Numbered from the whole stretch's first letter, positions 35,167 through 48,435 are shown. The stretch: 63,996 nucleotides of DNA, filler included, from Octopus bimaculoides (GCF_001194135.2; 7 parts of 6 records of this genome joined end to end with filler, not necessarily neighbours in it); one strand, 5' to 3'. Notes: generated by a model from the sequence alone, not told the origin. A program made the numbers and translations.

Positions 35167-36949
35167 NNNNNNNNNNNNNNNNNNNNNNNNNNNNNNNNNN
35201 NNNNNNNNNNNNNNNNNNNNNNNNNNNNNNNNNNNNNNNNNNNNNNNNNNNNNNNNNNNNNNNNNNNNNNNNNNNNNNNNNNNNNNNNNNNNNNNNNNNN
35301 NNNNNNNNNNNNNNNNNNNNNNNNNNNNNNNNNNNNNNNNNNNNNNNNNNNNNNNNNNNNNNNNNNNNNNNNNNNNNNNNNNNNNNNNNNNNNNNNNNNN
35401 NNNNNNNNNNNNNNNNNNNNNNNNNNNNNNNNNNNNNNNNNNNNNNNNNNNNNNNNNNNNNNNNNNNNNNNNNNNNNNNNNNNNNNNNNNNNNNNNNNNN
35501 NNNNNNNNNNNNNNNNNNNNNNNNNNNNNNNNNNNNNNNNNNNNNNNNNNNNNNNNNNNNNNNNNNNNNNNNNNNNNNNNNNNNNNNNNNNNNNNNNNNN
35601 NNNNNNNNNNNNNNNNNNNNNNNNNNNNNNNNNNNNNNNNNNNNNNNNNNNNNNNNNNNNNNNNNNNNNNNNNNNNNNNNNNNNNNNNNNNNNNNNNNNN
35701 NNNNNNNNNNNNNNNNNNNNNNNNNNNNNNNNNNNNNNNNNNNNNNNNNNNNNNNNNNNNNNNNNNNNNNNNNNNNNNNNNNNNNNNNNNNNNNNNNNNN
35801 NNNNNNNNNNNNNNNNNNNNNNNNNNNNNNNNNNNNNNNNNNNNNNNNNNNNNNNNNNNNNNNNNNNNNNNNNNNNNNNNNNNNNNNNNNNNNNNNNNNN
35901 NNNNNNNNNNNNNNNNNNNNNNNNNNNNNNNNNNNNNNNNNNNNNNNNNNNNNNNNNNNNNNNNNNNNNNNNNNNNNNNNNNNNNNNNNNNNNNNNNNNN
36001 NNNNNNNNNNNNNNNNNNNNNNNNNNNNNNNNNNNNNNNNNNNNNNNNNNNNNNNNNNCACAGCTATAGCTTTCAAATAAATCACTGTAAAGTTATCTAC
36101 TTTGTACATGCTTCAGGTAGTTTGAATTATGATGCATTTTATATAAATATATACTACATAAATATACATTAGGTGGAAATGTGGATGTGTGGTAAAAAGT
36201 TTGCTTTCCAACCACATGGTTCTGGGTTCACTCCTATTGTGTGGCACCTTGGGCAAGTGTTTTCAGCTATTACTTCAAGCTGTGAGTGGATTTGATAGAG
36301 AGAAACTAAAAGAAGCCATGTGTGTGTGGGGGGGGGGCATTAGAGGAGGTAGTCCAGTATCAGATGATGAAAGGTTAGAGTGTAACAGAGAAACAGAGAG
36401 GCAGAAATAGGTTTCTTCTATAGAGGAAGTACATGTTTACCCAGTGAGAGAGAGAGAGATATAGAGAGTGAGAGTGAGAGTGAGAGAGAGATAGAGAGTG
36501 AGAGAGAGATAGAGAGTGAGAGTGAGAGAGAGAGAGAGAGAGAGTGAGAGAGAGGTACAAGAAAGAGGACAGAAACAAGTGTGCTGATGTAAAGGAGATA
36601 CTTGGTTATCTAGTCAGAAGAAACAGCAAACGTGTAGGAGGGAGCAGAAGAGAAATGGTGAAGTGCTAGGGTATACTCACAAGTGACAAGGATCTGAGCA
36701 TAGAATCTAAGTAGAAAAATAGGGTGTGGATGGTGAGGGTGGGGAGACAGCAATACAGTGAGCTGGGCAGTGATGGCAAGAAAGGGGATTGGGGATTGGA
36801 AAACAATCATAGTTTATGAAGAGGAAACGTGAGGAAGAGAAAGATGCAGTTTAGAAGAGGAGTTGTCGTTTGGTTTTTTTAGGGTAGAGTGGATGAAAAG
36901 TGGGTTATTACGTGTGGGTGGAACACAACTCTTCTAGCACTCAGTTTCA

Positions 36950-37668
36950 TGGATGGGTCTTCTCTAGAACCTCATATTGCCAAACATCTCAGTCCATTGT
37001 CCTTTCCTCTGTGAGCCCCAACATCCTAAGATTAGTCCTCACCACTTCGTCCCATATCTTCCTGGGTCTCCCTCTTCCACAGGTACCATCTACTTTCAAT
37101 GATAGACACTTCTGTTGGCACTCCGTCGCTTACGACGTCGAGGGTTCCACTTGATCCGATCAACGGAACAGCCTGCTCGTGAAATTAGCATGCAAGTGGC
37201 TGAGCACTCCACAGACATGTGTACCCTTAACGTAGTTCTCGGGGATATTCAACGTGACACAGTGTGACAAGGCTGGCCTCTTTGAATTACAGGCACAACA
37301 GAAACAGGAAGTAAGAGTGAGAGAAAGTTGTGGTGGAAGAGTACAGCAGGGTTCGCCACCATCCCCTGCCGGAGCCTCATGGAGCTTTAGGTGTTTTCGC
37401 TCAATAAACACTCACAACACCCGGTCTGGGAATCGAAACCGCGATCCTATGACTGCAAGTCCGCTGCCCTAACCACTGGGCCATTGCATCTCCACTGACA
37501 CTTCTGTATACAGCTGTCTTCACTCATATGCATCACATGTCCAAACCAACGCATTCTCCTCCTCTCTTGCATACCGCATTTAATACCTTTCATGCCTAAC
37601 TTTTCTCTCAACACAGTTGTGCTTTGTCAGTCATGCACACGGATGTTGCAGATCCAATGGAGCATACT
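36950..37668 (-). mobile_element. RTE-clade LINE C-terminal fragment interrupted by a family B SINE
   Basis: Minus strand reads MRWFGHVMHMSEDSCIQKCLSLKVDGTCGRGRPRKIWDEVVRTNLRMLGL once 37114-37496 is removed. Confidence 0.8.
37114..37496 (-). mobile_element. Full-length family B SINE with TSD
   Basis: Direct repeat GACACTTCTGT at 37105-37115 and 37497-37507. Confidence 0.85.
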
Positions 37669-38992
37669 AGTCTAATATTTTATTCTAACACTAGTCTAAC
37701 ACTAGTTTAACACTAGTCAAATATTGATCTAATACTTCACTCTAATACTAATCTAGTACTTTATTCAAATACTTCATTCACTCAACGATTTTCATTCTAC
37801 TAAAATTACTTGTAAGATGAAAAGCATAGTAAAACTAAAAATATAATTGAATTAATAAAATCAATTCAATCATGAAGCTTTTCAAAAAATATTTGTCAGA
37901 TTTTTATCATACAACGCACATATTGAGAACAACTTGCAAAGTTAGTGGAACAACAAATTTACTTCCAAATGTGGTATATCTAAGATCTAAAATTATTAGC
38001 TCTGTGAACTAGTCTCATTTTAATTTCAGCTGTATTAAAATAAACCAATCGTGAAATCAATATTGAAATCTGACATTTATTCTTTAAGATGCATGTTCTT
38101 TGATAAAACAAAATTCCCACAAGAATAAACCTATTCAAAATTCTAAAGAACATTGATTTCTGATTTAAAGTTGAATCTGTGATTATATATTTTGTTACAT
38201 ATAACTTCTTATTTTTCTCTTTATTCTTCATTTCAAGCTGACAGAAAATTAAGTATATTTTTCATTTCAGAACTATACAAAAATATATCAGTTATGTTAA
38301 CATTAAATATACTTTTGCAGAAAGTTCTATAAGATTTTCTTATTAAACAGGAATAATGGCAGAAAAATGTCATGAGAATTATCCAATCCAAAGTTACTGC
38401 AAGTCAAAAACCTAACAGTATTAATAGAATAACTGTTTGCTAATTTTCAAATTAAATTCAAAACAATATTAAGTTTAATAATGACTGTTATCAAAAGAAA
38501 AATTTCCATAAAGATTATTTTGTTACATTCAATAGTAATTTCTTAGTAAAATGTTACAATTTCATGTAAATAATGCAGTTATCTCTTTAAAAAAGATGCA
38601 GGCATTTTAACTATCTCAGCAGAGACAGATATTGGTTGCCTCACAACTATTAATCTATCTACCTCTATCTCACGACAGACACAATGATTAATATGGCTAA
38701 AATCATCTCAAAATGAAGCTCATTTAGTAAGTCTTTTCAGTTCAATTTCCTTATCTTTTATTATCAACATATATATATATATANNNNNNNNNNNNNNNNN
38801 NNNNNNNNNNNNNNNNNNNNNNNNNNNNNNNNNNNNNNNNNNNNNNNNNNNNNNNNNNNNNNNNNNNNNNNNNNNNNNNNNNNNNNNNNNNNNNNNNNNN
38901 NNNNNNNNNNNNNNNNNNNNNNNNNNNNNNNNNNNNNNNNNNNNNNNNNNNNNNNNNNNNNNNNNNNNNNNNNNNNNNNNNNNNNTATAGTG

Positions 38993-39320
38993 AAGGCGCA
39001 TAGCTCAGTGGTTAGAGTGCCGAACTTACGACCGTGAGGTTAGGAGTTCAAATCCCGGACCGGGCTGCATGTTGTGTTCTTGAGCAAGACACTTTATTTC
39101 ACATTGCTCCAGTTCACTAAGCTATAGAAAAGAGATGCAACATCACTGGTGCCAAGCTGTATTGGCCTTTGCCTTTCCCTTGGATGACATCACTGGCATG
39201 GAGAGGGGAGACTGGTATACATGGGTGGACTCCTGGTCTTCCATAAACAACCTTGCCCGAACTTATGCCTCGGAGGGTAACTTTGTAGGTGCAATCCTAT
39301 GGTCATTCATGACCACACGG
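38993..39320 (+). mobile_element. tRNA-headed CORE-like SINE with another tail (family E)
   Basis: GAAGGCGCATAGCTCAGTGGTTAG, GAGTTCAAATCCC, TTCTTGAGCAAGACACTTTATTTCACATTGCTCCAG as in family B, then an unrelated tail ending GCAATCCTATGGTCATTCATGACC. Confidence 0.7.
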
Positions 39321-39710
39321 CCACTGTATATAAATTAAAATTTTCAACCTTTTCTCAGTATTTTATATATATATAAATATATATGACGACAATGATGACA
39401 ATGATGATGATGGTAGCCTCTCCTCTCTCATAGTCTGAGAAAGATAATTTTGCAATTTCTTGCTAGACAACCAGCAGAAATGATTTGTTTTATAGTGATC
39501 TAATATATGTGCTGTACATTAGCTAACTCCTTCCATCAGATCAACATTGCCTGAACAGGTGGTACCACATGTCAGGTGTTGAGGTGATTGCAAAGCAACA
39601 TGCGATGAAATGTCTTACTCAAGAACACAACACACCATCTGGTCCAGGAATTGATACCAAAGTGTTGTGATTTTTAAGTGCAACACCCAAACCACTGGGC
39701 CATGTGCCCT

Positions 39711-39754
<44 letters not shown>

Positions 39755-39828
39755 TATACAAAGGTCATGATTACTAACTCACCCTTTTCCTCAGACTAAG
39801 AAATGGAAAAGAAAAAAGAAACACTTAC

Positions 39829-40062
39829 CTTAGCATAAGGATTGCTATCAAACAGATTCTTCGTGAAGGTATCAAATGCATCCCACTTAGATTCAAGAAT
39901 GTTTCCGCCAATGGCCCAAACATAACAAAACATGAAAGTTGTGCACAAAGTTGAATTTAGCTGGTTAGGGTTCGCCTCAAAGTTAATGTACTTCTTAGAC
40001 TGCTCGGAAAACACCAGTGACTCGTAAAGTTTGCATAATGTAGTAACTTTTGAAATGTTCAC
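39829..40062 (-). CDS. DNAH6: Axonemal dynein heavy chain exon (AAA2 lid region)
   Basis: AATCTTAG acceptor, AAG|GTAAGT donor, 234 nt, phase 0 to 0: VNISKVTTLCKLYESL...LCTTFMFCYVWAIGGNILESKWDAFDTFTKNLFDSNPYAK. The ISKVTTLC and DxFDTF motifs are ones I recall from DNAH6. Confidence 0.9.
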
Positions 40063-40909
40063 CTAAGATTGAAATAAAATATCGCATGGACTCCACTTAA
40101 CACTTCTGTAAAAATACATGTCTTTATCATCTCAAATCAATCATCATTATACATTCCTTCTCAATAATCAGCAGAACTTTTACATTTGTCTTTTACATGC
40201 TGGAAATGTATTGAAGAGCTTTGAAATCAGCAAACTTTTACGTGTAATTATTCTAAACATTGTATTTCATGAAGTTGTGGCAACTTTTCTGGCATATCAT
40301 ACATTTTTCTCATCATCACATAACTACTAGAAAACTAACCTTTTTCAGACCAAGAGCTTTCTCACACCATTTAATTCCAAGTAACTAAACAAAATGATAC
40401 CAATCCTAATCCAGGCTCAGGTATGGGACAAGTGCCATTGCAGCACCTCGCTGCACCCACATTTGTCAGTATTTGCTCAGGTCATCCTGAGCAACACTCC
40501 AAGCAGTATCCTAATCAGTTCCCATCTCTGCAAAATACTTCATCAGTTGTGGCCATGAGGCATGTAATCAGCTGTCATCCAAGCTATCATCCAAGCCATA
40601 TCCTCAGAGAAGAGAACAAAGCACACAGCATCCAACTCAGAAAACCAAGCAAAATGACCAAACGGCCTAAGGTGACACTCCCAAATCATACAAGTAACAG
40701 GACACACACTAGTCCATGTCACTCTAAAATTCAGCTAACAAATCTATTTGTTACTGCTGTTTTTGGTGTCATTGTTGTTCTAACTTCTGGATTAGTACTT
40801 CAATACTGTCTGATGAAGATAATTTATTGTTCAGCAGTAATTAATAGAAAACACTTACAACAGAATATATTACTGAAACATTAAATTGCTAAACATTTCA
40901 GTTAATGAA

Positions 40910-41298
40910 CTTACTCTTTTACTTGTTTCAGTCATTTGACTGCAGCCATGCTGGAGCACCGCCTTTAGTAGAGCAAATCGACCCCAAGACTTATTCTTTG
41001 TAAGCCTAGTACTTATTCTATCGGTCTCTTTTTGCCGAACTGCTAAGTTACGGGGATGTAAACACACCAGCATCGGTTGTCAAGTGATGGTGTGGGGACA
41101 AACACAGACACACGAACACACATACATACATATATATGACGGGCTTCTTTCAGTTTCTGTCTACCAAATCCACTCACAAGGCTTTGGTCGGCCCGAGGCT
41201 ATAGTGGAAGACACTTGCCCAAGGTGCCATGCAGTGAGACTGAACCCAGAACCATATGGTTTGTAAGCAAGCTACTTACCACACAGCCACTCCTACGC
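40910..41298 (-). mobile_element. Full-length family C SINE
   Basis: Close match to 31420-31850. Confidence 0.85.
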
Positions 41299-42288
41299 TT
41301 AATTAATTATACATAACTAAACTTAAATCATCACCATCCTTGAGCATCTGTCACACTGGTAGAATAAAGCAGTGAGCTGGTAGAATTTTTAAACAAGTTA
41401 AACAAAATGCTTAGCAGCTTTTCTTCAAGGGCTTTACGTTCTGAGTTTAAATTTCAATGAGGTCAATTTTGCTTTTCATTCTTTTAGAGTCAAAGAAATA
41501 AGTACCAGTTGAAAACTGAAGTTGATGTAATCAACTTAACCCTTCCCTTAAAATTCCTGACCTCGTGCCAAAATTTGAGACCTTTCTTTTATTTTTTATT
41601 TATTTATTTTTTTTGCTTCACTGTGTTCAAATCCCACCAGGTTCAATAAAGTACCAATCAAGTATTGGAGGGGGAGGGGATTAATGTACTTGACTTGCTT
41701 CTTCCCACTAAAATGGCAGGCTTTGTGCCAAAATTTGAAAGCAATTTTTTTTTTTGCTTAGCTGTATAGTTATAGCTACATTAGGCATTTTGTCTTAGAA
41801 CTTTTAACAGAAGAAATGTTGTTTACTGAAAAATGGTGATAGGAAAATAAAACCTGCAAATATTTAATCTGGATAAATGGGGCAAGAATTGACATCAACA
41901 TCCTTGAAAATAATTAATAGTAACCAAAAGAAATCAATATCTATGACCTAATTAAAAAGAAATCAATGTTAATAGTTCATTGCAAAACCAAATATTTTAG
42001 TGAATGTCTAGAACATTCTATCATTATCACTATTTAATGTCAGCTTTCCAGAGGTTTATGCTAAGCTCTGATGTCTATTTTGGTATGGTTTCTACGACTG
42101 GATGCTCTTCCTAATGCCAACCACTTTACAGAGTGTACAGGTTGCTTTCTATCTGGTATCAGTAGCAGTGAAATCATCAAGCAACTTGCAAGACAAGACT
42201 CCAAACCTGAGGGTGGTGGGGAGTAAATATTGAGGGAGATGGCTTTATGACAGGTGATGAGATGAAAAGAAATAAAGAATATGTCTAC

Positions 42289-42472
42289 CTGCTTTATAGC
42301 TTGATCACAATTCCTTCTCACAAATTCAAAACCTTTGTCCACATATTCACGGAAAAGGTTAAGTAGAAATTCTTTGGTTGTTTCTTTCAAGAGGCTTTCC
42401 CATTCCTTCATCCATTTTTCTACGTAAGGAAACCATTGAAGTCCTCCAGGATCAATGTACACCATACCACAA
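42289..42472 (-). CDS. DNAH6: Axonemal dynein heavy chain exon (end of AAA2)
   Basis: TTTCAG acceptor, CAG|GTAGAC donor, 184 nt, phase 2 to 0: (R)CGMVYIDPGGLQWFPYVEKWMKEW...FVRRNCDQAIKQ, completing the dynein SRCGMVY motif. Confidence 0.92.
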
Positions 42473-42729
42473 CTGAAATGTTTAATTATACATGATTCTA
42501 TAATTACAGATAATAGTTGATAAACAGCTCTTGAGAGTAATTCAAGCTATATTTGAAAGTACTATATAGTTCAAGCTATATTTGAAAGTACTATGAATAA
42601 CATCAGAATAAACCAAAGAACACAAGTTCAGAGAGAAATGTTGTTCAGGTAAGGTCAGACTTAACAAAACAAATCTATGTTAAAAGGCATTCTAACCATG
42701 GCCATCGTATTTTTTCTTCATACGCAGCT

Positions 42730-43115
42730 GCAGGTGTGGCTGTGTGGGAAGAAGCTTGCTTCCCAACCACATGATTTGGAGTTCAGTCCCATTACATGGC
42801 ACCTTGGGCAAGTGTCTTCTACTGTAGCCTTAGTCTGACCAAGGTCTTGTGAATGGATCTGGTAGGCAGAAATTGAAAGAAGCCCATGGTGCATGCATGC
42901 GTGCGTGTGTGCATGTCCTACTACCATCACCGCTTGACAACTGATACTGGTGTGTTTTCGTCCCTGTAACTTAGCAGTTCAACAAAAGAGACCAACAGAA
43001 TAAGTACTAAGTTTTAAAAAAATAAGTACTGTGATCAATATATTCAACTAAAAATTCTTCAAGGCAGTACCCCAGCATGGCCACAGTCTAATGACTGAAA
43101 CAAGTAATAAATAAA
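42730..43115 (+). mobile_element. Family C SINE; another copy at about 43655-44060
   Basis: GGTGTGGCTGTGTGGGAAGAAGCTTGC...GGCACCTTGGGCAAGTGTCTTCTAC...CATGGCCACAGTC. Confidence 0.8.
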
Positions 43116-44530
43116 AGACGAGATTATGGACCTTGAAATACATTATCTAACTACTATACTTTTTTTTTATAAGATGGTAAAATGTGATTTGTGAGAAATT
43201 CAGCTGCTAATACTAGGATGTCAAGTGACCACATAGAGACTACCTCAATGAGAAATGTAATGTATAAGGGGAAAGGGTCATTATTTTTTTTAATATTTTG
43301 TCAGTCTTAACAAGGCAGCAAGCTGGCAAAAACATTAGCACGCTGGGCGAAATGCTTAGCGGTATTTCGTCTATCCTTACATTCTGAATTGAAATTCCNN
43401 NNNNNNNNNNNNNNNNNNNNNNNNNNNNNNNNNNNNNNNNNNNNNNNNNNNNNNNNNNNNNNNNNNNNNNNNNNNNNNNNNNNNNNNNNNNNNNNNNNNN
43501 NNNNNNNNNNNNNNNNNNNNNNNNNNNNNNNNNNNNNNNNNNNNNNNNNNNNNNNNNTAATAATACAAAAGTCCAGAACTAGATGTCATTTGGATATTTC
43601 ATATGCAATGATATGATTTTTGATGTACAATTTATAGAAAAAATTTTAACATGATTTTGGGTTCAATCCCACTGCATTGCACCTTGGGCAAATGTCTTCT
43701 ACAACATCTTGCAAGTAAATTTGGTAAATGCAAACTGCGTGTACTTGTATGTGTGTACATGTATGTACTTGTGCATGCATGTGTGTGTGCACATGCGTGC
43801 ATATGTGTGTGAGTGTGTATGTCTGTGTTTTTTTTGTGTTTGTGTTAGTTACCCATCCTCCACACTTCTTGACTTTTTGAGAAAGGTGTTGATTCGTTTA
43901 TGTCCCCATAACTTAGTAGTTCAGCAAAAGAGGCCAAGAGAATAAGTACCAAACTTAAAAAAGAAAAGTACTGGGGTTGATTTGTTTAACTAAATACTTC
44001 AAGGCAGTGCTACAACATGGCCCAGTCCAATGACTGTAACAAGTAAACGACAAAAGAGTAAAGATTAATGATAAAAAATGTCTAAATCAATGACAAAAAT
44101 GCTTCAATATTATATTCTTTTCTTTTCTACTCTAGGCACAAGGCCCAAAATTTGTGGGGAGGGAGCTAGTCAATTAGATTGAACCCAGTACGCAACTGGT
44201 ACTTAATTTATCGACTCCGAAAGGATAAAAGGCAACGTCAACCTTGGCAGAATTTGAATTCGGAATGTAAAGACAGATGAAATACCTATTTCGTTATTGC
44301 CCACAAGGGGCTAAACATAGAGGGGACAAACAAGGACAGACAATGGGATTAAGTCGATTACATCGACCCCAGTGCGTAACTGGTACTTAATTTATCGACC
44401 CCGAAAGGATGAAAGGCAAAGTCGACCTCGGCGGAATTTTAACTCAGAACGTCACAGCAGATGAAATACCGCTAAGCATTTCACCTGGCGTGCTAACATT
44501 TCTGCCAGCTCACCACCTTTGCTTCAATAT

Positions 44531-44907
44531 TGTTGTTGTTGGCACTCCGTCGCTTACAACGTTGAGGGTTCCAGTTGATCCGATCAACGGAACAGCCTGC
44601 TCGTGAAATTAACGTGCAAGTGGCTGAGCACTCCACAGACACATGTACCCTAAACGTAGTTCTCGGGGATATTCAGCGTGACACAGTGTGACAAGGCTGA
44701 CCCTTTGAATTACAGGCACAACAGAAACAGGAAGTAAGAGTGAGAGAAAGTTGTGGTGAAAGAGTACAGCAGGGTTCGCCACCATCCCCTGCAGGAGCCT
44801 CGTGGAGCTTTAGGTGTTTTCGCTCACAATGCCTGATCTGGGAATCGAAACCGTGATCCTATGACCACGAGTCTGCTGCCCTAACCACTGGGCCATTGCG
44901 CCTCTAC
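44531..44907 (-). mobile_element. Full-length family B SINE with 11-bp TSD
   Basis: TGCTTCAATAT at 44520-44530 and 44908-44918. Confidence 0.88.
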
Positions 44908-46186
44908 TGCTTCAATATATTACTAGAGTAAAAGCAGTGAGCTAGCAGAATTGTAAGCATGCCAGGCAAAATGTTTAACAACATTCATCCAACTTCACGT
45001 TCTGAATTCAAATTCCACCAAGATCAACTTTGCCTTTCATCATTTCAGGATCAATAAAATAAATACCAGTTGAACACTAGGGTCTATGTAATCAATTTAA
45101 CCCTTCTTCAATCTTGCTGGCCTTGTGCCAACATTTTAAATCAATATATTATTACAGTTACTACCAGACAAGCCCTGACTCTTTACTCCTGCAATTCTTT
45201 TCAGTTAAACATGGATTTCTGAAGTCTACACAATAACCTTCCCAGCTTGTGCTGTTTCAGAAGATGTCATTATTAGAAGTGGATAATTCTCTGGGTACAA
45301 TTACATTCAGAATTTCTCAAAAGCCTTTCAACATTTCAAAGATTGAAATTTTAAAAAAGGTAAAAAAATATATATTGTTAACTAATTCATAAGTAATTTA
45401 CAGAAAGAAGGCAACAGGTGTAAAAGTTCTCTTTCAAAGATAAAAAAAAAATGATTGCTTCCCCACATAAACTTGAGAGCAAAAGAACCCATACAACAGT
45501 ATTGTAGGGGAAAAAAATTCTTCTTGTGAATGTAGTAATGGAACATAAAATCAATTATTTGCTTCGGGCTACATAAAAATAAAATGAAAAATCAGGAAAA
45601 TGATACAGCATATTGTCTGTCATAGCATGTTTTTATAAATGCAGAAGAGAAACAGAATAATTTAGCAGATAAAGTAACAAAATTCTACACAGCAGTTATG
45701 AGTTTCACTTCAGGTGATAAGCTGTGTGTGTCTCTCTCCATAAGACACTTTAGTTATCAGGAAGAGAAATAGCTTTATTATATTTCATAACATATATTTT
45801 TATAGGAAATCCATTATATATTTTTTTTGATAAATATAAATTTTAAACATAACGATTCTTGTGAGTTTTGTAATTATTTCCGGCTAAATAATTTGTACAG
45901 ATGTTATTGTTTAACCTAAGATCATCTCTAATCAAGCAAATTCCAACTTGAGAGCGATTTTACCTCTAGGCTATGTGAGATGACATTGCACATGCCAACT
46001 CTTGAGACAGATCACAGTCCTGTGTCTCACACAAAAGACATTCCAGCCATGACCCATCTGTTCTATTTTTTGTTTCATTTGTCTTGTTTTATTTTGTATT
46101 TGTGGTTTTTTTTTACAGACATAATTAATCTCAAACTACATTATACAATATACTCTTCCTATTTAAGATAATATGGTGTGAGTTAA

Positions 46187-46404
46187 CCCTTTAGCATTCA
46201 AACCGTCCGTATCTGGTCAAAACATTCTACCTTCTTTATGTTCAGACTGGCCAAATCTGGCCCCTCACACCTACCCTGCAATGTTATTCTAAAAATAAAC
46301 CACTATGTTATCAGAATCTTGAAGTTGCAAGATAATTCATGATTAATTCAAAACAATGTGAATAAATAAGCATTACATTTAACAATAATCTGAATGCTAA
46401 AGAG
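46187..46404. mobile_element. Second piggyBac-type MITE, opposite orientation to 29600-29819
   Basis: TTAA CCCTTTAGCATT ... AATGCTAAAGAG GTAA; interior matches the reverse complement of the 29600 copy. Confidence 0.75.
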
Positions 46405-47026
46405 GTAAGAAGGATTTGGCTGCTATTTCTAGCAGGCCAAGTAAATACATCACTGGGTAAGTATTAAAAGCTCTCTCTCATCTATGCCACATCAGGTCAT
46501 CGACCCCAATTCAAGAGCAAATTTCCCTCCAGGCTGAGCAAGAGAAAATTGCACATGCCAAGTCCAAGACAGTCCATATCCCACATGAATTCACAGACAC
46601 ACATCATGCAGGCCTGACCACCAGACTTGAACATCCCCACAGGGTTACGGGAAAAAAAGAGGCACAGTGATGAGTAGATCTGTTCAATGAAAACAGTGGT
46701 CTGAAAATTTTAGCAGTCCCTGATTGTGTGTGTGTGTGCGCGCGCGTGCGCGTGTGTGTGAGTCCATATTTGTTGCCCTCACCATTTGACATATGTTAGT
46801 TTGTTTACATCCTTGTAACTTAGTGGTTTGGCAAAAGAGACCAATAAGTACCAAACTTAAAAAAGTAAGTACTGGAGTAAATTTGTTCAACTAAAAGCCC
46901 CAGCATGGCCACAGTCCAATGACTGAAACAAGGAAAAGAAAAGATAAAAGGATAAAGAAAGAAGTTGTCATAAAATAAGAAGAGAAGTTCTATGACAAAA
47001 CGGTTTTGAAACAAGGAAGGAACTAC

Positions 47027-47126
47027 NNNNNNNNNNNNNNNNNNNNNNNNNNNNNNNNNNNNNNNNNNNNTTAATTAATTAANNNNNNNNNNNNNNNNNN
47101 NNNNNNNNNNNNNNNNNNNNNNNNNN
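47027..47126. other. Synthetic assembly spacer 44N-TTAATTAATTAA-44N
   Basis: Exactly 100 bp. Confidence 0.95.
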
Positions 47127-47367
47127 TGGAGCAAATATTTCACGAGAAAACTAATTCACGAAACAATAATTTGCGAAGATATCATTAACGCTGTTTTTAT
47201 CTAGTAACAATTCACGACAATTTGATACGATTGCATGCGATTTAAAGTTTCGCAGGCTTCTAACAGAAACTTTGCTCGTTCTGGCTTAGGTTAATGTAAC
47301 CTGAGCCAGAACGGTCCGTGTTTCTGTTAGAAACTTGAAAAACTTTAAATTGTACTCTGATGTGCAT

Positions 47368-47992
47368 GTGTTGTAGCTAACTTTCACTGTATACAGCAGT
47401 ACTTGGAAGTAACGTGTGTAACGTGTGATCGTCGCATTGACCATAACGGAGAAAGTTGAGCAGAGAATCTTCATTAATTTTTGTCAAATGCTCGGCGATA
47501 CCTGCTCAGAGACCTACGCGAAGTCTTCAAAATGTTTTCATCGTTCTCAACACAATAAAGGAGAAATTGTGCAGCTGAATCCCGAGTGTCTCTTTGGTCA
47601 GCTGAAAGCACTTTTGGCACAAACTTAGCATACCTAAATCTTCGGTGATAATGGAATGAACTTAACTATAAATAATCTGCACATCCTCTGATAACTCACA
47701 GATGGCGATTCGACGATTTCCCTTCACGCACATCTGCCATGTTCTTTTCAGTTCTTTTGGTTACGGGTTACTCAGAGCGTCCGTCACCATCGATATTTTT
47801 CTTCCATCTTGGAAACATCTGAACCACCGGTACATCATGTGCGACTCATACACTCCTTTCTGAAACTTTGCGTAGGCCTCTGATCAGATATAGCCAGGAC
47901 AACTTTCACTATCATGGTCAATGCGACGATCACACGTTACATACGTTATTTCGAATTACTACTGTAAATGGCGTTAGGGAGCTAGAACGTTA
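47368..47992. pseudogene. Mariner transposase N-terminal relics in convergent (inverted) arrangement
   Basis: Plus strand TEKVEQRIFINFCQMLGDTCSETYAK to about 47522. Minus strand from about 47900: EAYAKFQK...YRWFRCFQDGRK...ELSEDV...IITEDLGM...KFVPKVLSADQRDTR...CVENDENILKT. Arms about 47368-47460 and 47895-47992 are reverse complements. Confidence 0.7.
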
Positions 47993-48194
47993 TAACTAGA
48001 GGTTAAGATCAATCTGTGTCAAGAGGCCTCAATCTGCATGCTTTAGCTTAGTTACTAAGGCAACAGTCCGAATACTTATTGATTAGGCCGCGTATATACA
48101 TATGCATATACACACACACACCCACACACACATACACACACCCATACCCACACACACATATATATACAAACTTACATGTATATATTCTTTTATT

Positions 48195-48403
48195 CTTTTA
48201 TTCTTTTATTTGCCTCAGCAATTTTAGTGCGGCCATGCTGAGCACCACCTTTAGTCGAACAAATTGTCCACAGGACTTATTCTTTGTAAGCCTAGTACTT
48301 ATTCTATTGGGTTTTTTTTTGGCGAACCGCTAAGTTACGGGGACGTAAACACCAGCATCGGCTGTCACTCGATAGTGGGGGGACAAACACAGACACACAC
48401 ACG

Positions 48404-48435
<32 letters not shown>

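Noticed and set aside
35118-36109. Long ORFs of mostly X (also 49273-50004, 53397-54110, 62525-63272)
   Set aside because: They only span N gaps.
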